A stretch of DNA of 31,516 nt from a virus (taxonomy: Duplodnaviria; Caudoviricetes): IMG/VR virus record IMGVR_UViG_3300033516_000099, positions 1 to 31,516 of that record, one strand, 5' to 3'. The notes beneath the pieces were generated by a model. The model saw only the letters and a program-made list of their open reading frames with translations, did no database searches and had not been told where the DNA came from. Position numbers and translations under genes: made by a program. Positions 25,340 through 31,516 of this stretch are shown piece by piece. The stretch's first letter is position 1. Every line of letters starts with the position of its first letter.

Positions 25340-25675
25340 CTATTGAACCGCCGGCGTTTCGTCGTAATGTCCGACAAGCGCTTTTTCGTATACGGCTTTT
25401 AGTGCTGTTAAAAGTTCGGCCCCCGAAATAGTCTTCGGGTCCCCTGCGAACGAATAATCGACATTTCCCGAAACGACTTTTAAAAGAGAAACTGATTTTG
25501 ACGCGTCGATTATTTCAACGAATTCGCCGGTTTCTAATTGGCCGCGGGAAAAGAAATCGACGGTTCCTTTTCCCGCGGAAATAGAATCGTCAGTTCCGCG
25601 AATCGTTATTTGTTCCGTAAAAAACCGCGTCATTTTTTCGACTTCTGTTTTTACCTTTTCAACTCTTTGATACAT
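25340..25675 (-). CDS. Hypothetical protein, possible fibre chaperone, 111 aa
   Basis: RBS AAAGGGG. Directly after the fibre gene. Confidence 0.6.
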   Translation of the reverse strand: MYQRVEKVKTEVEKMTRFFTEQITIRGTDDSISAGKGTVDFFSRGQLETGEFVEIIDASKSVSLLKVVSGNVDYSFAGDPKTISGAELLTALKAVYEKALVGHYDETPAVQ

Positions 25676-25686
25676 TTGAAACCCCT

Positions 25687-28200
25687 TTATTTAAGAACCG
25701 CAATATTCAAAACGCCACCATTGCAACCGAACGACGGTCGCAACCGAACCGAAACTGTATTTGCCGCCGAAACATGACCGAAAATCGAAACGCTATTGTT
25801 TGCCAAATTTCCGTACAATGTCGCCGAAGGCGTCAATACAACCGCGTCACCGACGGCCGCCCCCGTTACGGTTGCCGAAATGGTTGTATCTGTGTTAGAA
25901 GTCAAAGCCGGAACCGTTGCGGTTCCTTTTAGTGTAGAACCGGCGGCGCTTGACGGGTGAATATGATCTTCGCGCGCGTACTTGTCGGAAGTACCGACCG
26001 CGGCCGTACCATCGGCAAGCGGCGCCGCCGTTGCCGGCTTCGCCGTTGTTAGTATCTTACTTGTAACGCTAGAATACTTATAAACCCGAAACCAACCGGA
26101 AAGAACGCCCGAAAAAAGCGTTGTTCCGAATGAATTTTTCAGAACAATAGTTTTTGCAAGCGGCGCAACGGTCGCAATAAAATCGACAAAACCTTCGGTC
26201 GGAAAGTCGGCCGAAACCGTAAGTTCAATAGTCGAACTACTCGAAGTAAGTTCTACAACTTTTCCGAAACCGTCGGCAAGTATAGTAACGCTGGCGCCGT
26301 CATTCGTTCCCGAAAGCCGGTTTTTTCCTGTCAGAGTTTGGCCGCGTTCGAGCGTCAATAAATCTTTTGCGGCGGTAATATCTTCAATTCCGCAAAGAGG
26401 CAAAGACGCCGAACCATTTTCGTTGAATTCAAGTTTGAAATCATTTCGACGCGAAATTTCATTTTCTGCAAAAAGTGTTTCGCCGCCAGCGTTGAAACCG
26501 ACGCGCGCTTTTACCGTTTCATCACAATACAATGGCCCTTCGACAACTTGCGAATCGACTTCGCTTTCTGTTGTTCCCGAACCCGATTCGACAACAACGG
26601 AACCTGTCGAAGAATTGTGATTTTGATAAAACCCCGCCGGCGTTGGTAAACCGCCGGCGCCATAGTGAATTGCGTTTGTCCAGTCTAGCGCCGATGTTGT
26701 AACAAGCCAAAACCAGCCGACGCGCGCAAGGCGATACGAACCCAAACTATAAACGGGATAGCTAACGCCTTCAAAAACTGTAAAAGTTCCGGTCGCCGTG
26801 TATGCGCCATTTGCCGCCGATACGCCCGAACCGGAAACGTTGAATTCGCCAGTCGTCGCCGTTGCTGGCGCTCCGACTTGCCATTTTCCGCGCTTTGGTT
26901 GCGCAAGGCCGCCCGAATCCAGTTCGCCAAAGTTTGTTGCGCCAATGTTGCCGCCGTCGCGCCCAGCTTGAAGCGTTGCCGATAATCCCGCCGCGGTTGC
27001 CCCTCCGCCGGAACTTTCGCCGACATTAACAATTCCGGCCTTTGTAGTATCTGAAAAGTTTGTCGTCGCTAAATCAGTGTAGATTTGAGCGCGCAAAATT
27101 GCATAACGCAAAGCCGGCGAAACTACAAAATTTTGAAGATCGGTTTTTAGTGCAGAAACAGCGGCGGCCGAATTCGCGTATTGACTTTGCCCCAATTGCA
27201 AAACAGCTTTTCCCGTGTCGCTTTTTAAATAAAAATAGTGTATTGTAGCTTGTTGACCAGTCAACGCAACCGCGGAACCGGCGTTGTTTTCATAGTCCTT
27301 TGGTACAACCGTTTGATTCGCCAAATATACCGAACCGTTTTTAAAAACAACGTCGAAAACCGCCGGCGTTGCCGCGTTCCCGATTGCCGGAATCGATAGC
27401 ACATTTGGGTCGGTTGCGTTGTCGCCGCTGTTTATATCTCTTTGAAAAAGTTCGCCGTTTGTCACGTAGAACGAAAGCGCCGGCGCGGTCACGCTATGAA
27501 CCGAAGCGCCTTTTGTCATATCTTCAAGCGTTTGATAATCTAAAAAATCCGACAATAAATAGCCGTTAGAATTAAACATCGGACGAATCGAAAAAACTTC
27601 TGTGATAGTGCCGCCGGCGACGTTTACCATTGCAAGCAAAAGAAGCGTTCTTCGTTGCGATCGCGACAAAAGAGCGAAAGACGTTTGAACCGTTCCGGTT
27701 TGATCGATGTACACAAACAAACCGCCGGAGTAAGTATTATCAAAAATAGCGCCGCCGTTTATTGTAGATTCGGGCCAGTTTACTGAATTGGTCAAGATGT
27801 TTTCGGGGTCTGTGTAGTTATCAACAAGAATTCCAGCGCCGGCCGAAACTGAAAACGTCTTGTCTCCCGTTTTTGTCACTTCGCCGCCGTGTAATACGCT
27901 CGAAATATGCGATTCGCCAGCGGCGACCGAATCGGCCGAACCGAAAACAACATTTCCGAGATTATCGACCGCAATATTTTTTTGGCCAAACCCCGCCAAA
28001 TCTGAAATAGAAACGGATTTGACCGGCGCGTGATTCCCTTCGCTAACTGCGACGATAAGATTCGAATCAGAATCTTTCGCGGCGATTATTCCTTCGCTTT
28101 TGCCGATTCCTATCATTTTAGTTTTTAGTGTTGCCGATAAGTCGGCGCGCGTTGCTTTTTCAACGCGCCGAACGTCTTCGTTTCTTGTGTTCATCGTCAA
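25687..28200 (-). CDS. Tail fibre / receptor-binding protein, about 835 aa
   Basis: Gly/Ser/Thr-rich mosaic with the fibre motif PLADGTAAVGTSDKYAREDHIHP. The start may be ATG at 28194. Confidence 0.75.
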   Translation of the reverse strand: MTMNTRNEDVRRVEKATRADLSATLKTKMIGIGKSEGIIAAKDSDSNLIVAVSEGNHAPVKSVSISDLAGFGQKNIAVDNLGNVVFGSADSVAAGESHISSVLHGGEVTKTGDKTFSVSAGAGILVDNYTDPENILTNSVNWPESTINGGAIFDNTYSGGLFVYIDQTGTVQTSFALLSRSQRRTLLLLAMVNVAGGTITEVFSIRPMFNSNGYLLSDFLDYQTLEDMTKGASVHSVTAPALSFYVTNGELFQRDINSGDNATDPNVLSIPAIGNAATPAVFDVVFKNGSVYLANQTVVPKDYENNAGSAVALTGQQATIHYFYLKSDTGKAVLQLGQSQYANSAAAVSALKTDLQNFVVSPALRYAILRAQIYTDLATTNFSDTTKAGIVNVGESSGGGATAAGLSATLQAGRDGGNIGATNFGELDSGGLAQPKRGKWQVGAPATATTGEFNVSGSGVSAANGAYTATGTFTVFEGVSYPVYSLGSYRLARVGWFWLVTTSALDWTNAIHYGAGGLPTPAGFYQNHNSSTGSVVVESGSGTTESEVDSQVVEGPLYCDETVKARVGFNAGGETLFAENEISRRNDFKLEFNENGSASLPLCGIEDITAAKDLLTLERGQTLTGKNRLSGTNDGASVTILADGFGKVVELTSSSSTIELTVSADFPTEGFVDFIATVAPLAKTIVLKNSFGTTLFSGVLSGWFRVYKYSSVTSKILTTAKPATAAPLADGTAAVGTSDKYAREDHIHPSSAAGSTLKGTATVPALTSNTDTTISATVTGAAVGDAVVLTPSATLYGNLANNSVSIFGHVSAANTVSVRLRPSFGCNGGVLNIAVLK

Positions 28201-28219
28201 GAACCTTTCGTTTTGCCTT

Positions 28220-31200
28220 TTATGAAATTAGGCCGGTTTCTACTATTTCAGAATCGTTCGTTCCGGTTTCAATAATATCAGTAACTGCAAAGCCGCTTTC
28301 GTGTATTTCAGAGGTTTGAACCGTGACCGGCGGCGCAAAGAATAGGGTATCGAAAAGAATCGACAATTTGATTCGATGTTTTCGCGTGTCAACTCCAAGA
28401 GAAACAACGCGGCCGTTGCCGTATTCTCCGACGGCCGGCGTAATCAGCGCGTCGGAAAATAAAACCTTCGACACAAGTTCACGCGTGATCGTTTGCGGCG
28501 TGATTGGTAAATCATAATTAACTTGCAATTTTTGACGCGTTGACCAATAAACCATGTTTTCGAAATATTGCCGGCCGTATTCTATCGTAGAATCATTAGT
28601 TGTTACGCCGTCGAATAGATTTCGATCAATAGCAAACGTCAATTCGGTTCGATCGGTCGGCGGGGTTCGTTTCCGTTTGTTGATTAAATAGGAATTGTGC
28701 GCGACTGTCCAAATTTCTTTTGCTTCGGCGTAATCGTTCACGCCGCCGACGTAACTTTTCCAGCTTGCGTTTTCTACATCGGCAAACGTGATTTGTTGCC
28801 CCGTCAACGTTCCGACCGGCGAACCAGTGACCGTCGGCGAAATCGATTCCGGCTTTAATTCGATATATGTATAGTCGTTTATATCGATATAAGACGACTT
28901 GACAACTGCCGAATAAACGACGCCGCCGACCGTAAATTTCGTAAGAGTTCCCGCCGGCGGAAGTTTTGACCAAATCGAAGTGTATGAAATCAAAAAAGCG
29001 TTAATTCCCGAATAAAACGAAAAATCGCCGTTCCCGTTTTCGGTATATGGCAAATAAACAGCGTAATCGGGGAACGCGTCGGCGTCAACTTTCGCAACAA
29101 ACAAGCGTTGCCGCCAGTTGTTGTTTTCTTTGTGCGCTTTTACCTCGAATTCATTAAACGCCTTTTCGACAGGAGACGTTGAAAAATTCGAAATAGTATC
29201 GTCGATAATACTTGAATCATCGTCGAATGACTCTGTTGATTCGTCGTTTAACCAGTCAACGAAAGAAGCTTCGCCGAAGCGGTTCGTATATCCGGCAATA
29301 AAACTTTGTTTGCATACTTGCGTTACAATTTTGAATTTGTCGGTTTGTTCTTCGATTTGGCCGCCGACGAACCAGTTGTCGCGCGTCGGCAAATCAACCG
29401 TTTCGCCGGTCAAATGCGAAAGCAATTCGGGAACCGTCGAAATAGTATTCGAAGTTGTTTTAATTTTCAAGTCTTCAACGCTTTCGATAACTTCGGAAAC
29501 ATAAAGGCCGGCCGCGTTCATTTCGAATTCAAAAGCGTCGCGAATTCCATCGTTGTAAACTGGAATCGTTGCGTTCGATACGGTTGAACCGTCGTTTTTA
29601 GTTGCCCCGATAACAAAAACCGAATGCCCTTCGGCGCTTGGAATCGTTGCGGTCCGAACCAATAAGAAAACCTTTTTCGCTTCGCTTTCAAGAGCCTTCG
29701 CCGTTTTTTCGATAGTCTTACCATCGGGGTAAATGTAAGCGCCGTAATCGCGCCAGTTCAAAGCCGTTTCGATTGCTGTTTTCGGTTTCGAACCGTACAA
29801 TCCGCCGGCCGGCAAGTTTGACGCGGCGACGCTTTCCAGTTCCATTCGGTACTGATATTTTGAGCGCGGCCCGAACGGTATTGGAGTCCCCGAACCACTA
29901 TCGGCGGCCGTTCCGTACCTCGAATCCTGTGTTTTGCTTTTCATTAAGCTTATGTTCGGAATATAGAATTCTGAATCGTCGGCAAGCTTTAATGCGTTCC
30001 CAAAATCGGGATTTTCAACCACATCATAAACGGCAATTTCGTATTGCGGGAACATCGTACTTTTTAAATATGATTCGTCCGAAACAAAATTGTTGACCGT
30101 CGCAAAATCAACAACGCCGCCGGCGCCAGTTTGGGCCGCCGAACCGTAAAACGCGGAACCGTCCGCAACGCTAAAAGATGGTTGATCGCGAAAAACATTT
30201 GACCAGTTAAAAAAGCCATTTGCGCCGCTTCGCATTACAACGAAAGGCGTTTTTCCATTTGTCACTACATCTTCTGAAAATTGCATTTCGAACAAATGAC
30301 CTGCCGCCGCGTCGCTCTTTGAAAAAACGCCGTCGGAACTACAATCGCCGGAAAGCGAAAAAACCTTCGGAGTGACATTTTTAAACCGGAATGTTCCCGC
30401 GTCTATTTGTGTCAAATGGTCCGACGTTAGCGGGTAATATGTCACTTTTTCCGGCGACGTTCTTTTTGTTGCTGTTGTATACTTCGGAATCATCGAACCG
30501 GTTATCGGGTCAATTGTACCGTCTATGTTGATTTCATCGCCTTCGGAAGTAATAGCGACATACTTTCCGTCAACAACAACAAAGTCGCCGTTTTCCGGCT
30601 TCGGGAACTCAACAATTTTTTCGTAAAACGAAACGAACAATTTTTCGCCAACTAGCGACGCCGTTTCCGCTACAATGTCGGCGGCGCTGGTAATGTTTCT
30701 TACAAGTTGCGGTTGTACGCCGTAAAATTGAGTGTAATCAATCATAGAATCGGGTATTTCTGAAATCGGAACGCGCGTCTTTTTGAGGTTCTTCAAAGTT
30801 CCGTCAATCGTTGCGGTTCCATCGCTCGAAACAATCGGCGTGTCGCTTACCAAATAAACCTTTTCCGAACCGGTTATTTTAACGAATGAACCTTTTTTTA
30901 TTGCCGAATATTCGCCGCTCAATATCAAAGAGAATTCGACACCTTCAAAACTAGAAACCAAATATTCGCCATAATGCCAAAAGCCATTGAAGTATTGATC
31001 GCTCATTTCTTTGTATGCCGACTCTTCGGCGCCGTATTTAATGTCAAACCGGTACGCGTTCATACCGAACCGTTTTTCGGTTGTCGTAAAATCTTGACCG
31101 ACATTTAGCGCCGTGATCGGTTTTGCACTAACTAAAACGGCGTCGGCGGCCGCTATTTCTTTATAGCTGGTATATGTCCGGCCGAACGATTCGTTTTCAA

Positions 31201-31516
31201 TCGTCCCTAGCAAATAGTTTTTTGAATCTTTAAATTCGAATTCGAATTCGGAGTCGTCGAACTTATAGCCGGAAACGACGCCGGCCCAGCGTTGAAACCA
31301 AACGCCGTTTATAATAACAAAGAACCGAACCGAAGATCCGCACAAATACAAACCTTCGGTCGTTGTAAGTTTTTCGTGTATTGAATTGTGATTTGACAGC
31401 GTAACGGCAAGCGAAGAAAGAAAAGCGAAGTCGCCACCGGAAACTATGTCGATTGATTGCGTTGAAAACCGAACGCCGTCTTTTTTCAACAAAAGGCCGG
31501 AAAAGTATTCGTCAAC
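28220..31516 (-). CDS. Large tail hub/tip protein (3' part; full gene 1150 aa starting at 297)
   Basis: Beta-rich, low-Cys structural-type sequence. Follows Dit across the circular junction. Confidence 0.75.
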   Translation of the reverse strand, partial: VDEYFSGLLLKKDGVRFSTQSIDIVSGGDFAFLSSLAVTLSNHNSIHEKLTTTEGLYLCGSSVRFFVIINGVWFQRWAGVVSGYKFDDSEFEFEFKDSKNYLLGTIENESFGRTYTSYKEIAAADAVLVSAKPITALNVGQDFTTTEKRFGMNAYRFDIKYGAEESAYKEMSDQYFNGFWHYGEYLVSSFEGVEFSLILSGEYSAIKKGSFVKITGSEKVYLVSDTPIVSSDGTATIDGTLKNLKKTRVPISEIPDSMIDYTQFYGVQPQLVRNITSAADIVAETASLVGEKLFVSFYEKIVEFPKPENGDFVVVDGKYVAITSEGDEINIDGTIDPITGSMIPKYTTATKRTSPEKVTYYPLTSDHLTQIDAGTFRFKNVTPKVFSLSGDCSSDGVFSKSDAAAGHLFEMQFSEDVVTNGKTPFVVMRSGANGFFNWSNVFRDQPSFSVADGSAFYGSAAQTGAGGVVDFATVNNFVSDESYLKSTMFPQYEIAVYDVVENPDFGNALKLADDSEFYIPNISLMKSKTQDSRYGTAADSGSGTPIPFGPRSKYQYRMELESVAASNLPAGGLYGSKPKTAIETALNWRDYGAYIYPDGKTIEKTAKALESEAKKVFLLVRTATIPSAEGHSVFVIGATKNDGSTVSNATIPVYNDGIRDAFEFEMNAAGLYVSEVIESVEDLKIKTTSNTISTVPELLSHLTGETVDLPTRDNWFVGGQIEEQTDKFKIVTQVCKQSFIAGYTNRFGEASFVDWLNDESTESFDDDSSIIDDTISNFSTSPVEKAFNEFEVKAHKENNNWRQRLFVAKVDADAFPDYAVYLPYTENGNGDFSFYSGINAFLISYTSIWSKLPPAGTLTKFTVGGVVYSAVVKSSYIDINDYTYIELKPESISPTVTGSPVGTLTGQQITFADVENASWKSYVGGVNDYAEAKEIWTVAHNSYLINKRKRTPPTDRTELTFAIDRNLFDGVTTNDSTIEYGRQYFENMVYWSTRQKLQVNYDLPITPQTITRELVSKVLFSDALITPAVGEYGNGRVVSLGVDTRKHRIKLSILFDTLFFAPPVTVQTSEIHESGFAVTDIIETGTNDSEIVETGLIS
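28227..28236 (-). promoter_or_regulatory. Candidate late promoter motif CCGGCCTAAT
   Basis: Embedded in the last codons of the hub gene, about 30 nt before the fibre start. Confidence 0.45.
31376..31516. repeat. Terminal direct repeat, copy 2
   Basis: Identical to 1-141. Confidence 0.95.

Noticed and set aside
25687-28200. Diversity-generating retroelement or invertible fibre segment
   Set aside because: I see no reverse transcriptase, invertase or template/variable repeat pair.
300-31492. Stop-codon reassignment
   Set aside because: Genes tile densely in the standard code, and TAA, TAG and TGA all serve as stops.

Overview
This window looks like a complete, circularly assembled tailed-phage genome of about 31,375 bp: positions 1-141 are repeated exactly at 31376-31516. 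It is siphovirus-like, with a tape measure protein and no tail sheath. Every credible gene is on the minus strand. In transcription order the modules are: recombination/replication (Sak4-like ATPase, Cas4-like exonuclease, SSB, DUF3310, initiator with iterons, DnaC-like loader, MazG-like enzyme, RusA), packaging and head (TerS, PBSX-type TerL, portal, scaffold, MCP, minor head, connectors), tail (tube, chaperones, TMP, distal tail, a 1150-aa hub crossing the assembly origin, fibre), and lysis (membrane protein, M15 endolysin, permuted NlpC/P60). I recognise no integrase, repressor, tRNA, CRISPR array or reverse transcriptase. The main find is at 14049-14880, between the early and late modules. 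It is an integron-like array of three attC-like sites enclosing two compositionally foreign cassettes that encode three microproteins absent from the ORF track. The genes are inverted relative to canonical attC polarity. The array is framed by a putative promoter, a leader peptide/attenuator and a terminator, and no IntI is encoded. A second find is a conserved (CC)GGCCTAAT motif upstream of late genes, paired with a sigma-region-2-only protein. A third is genome-wide GGAG avoidance with AAAGGGG-type ribosome-binding sites. All protein family calls are by-eye motif recognition, not database searches.
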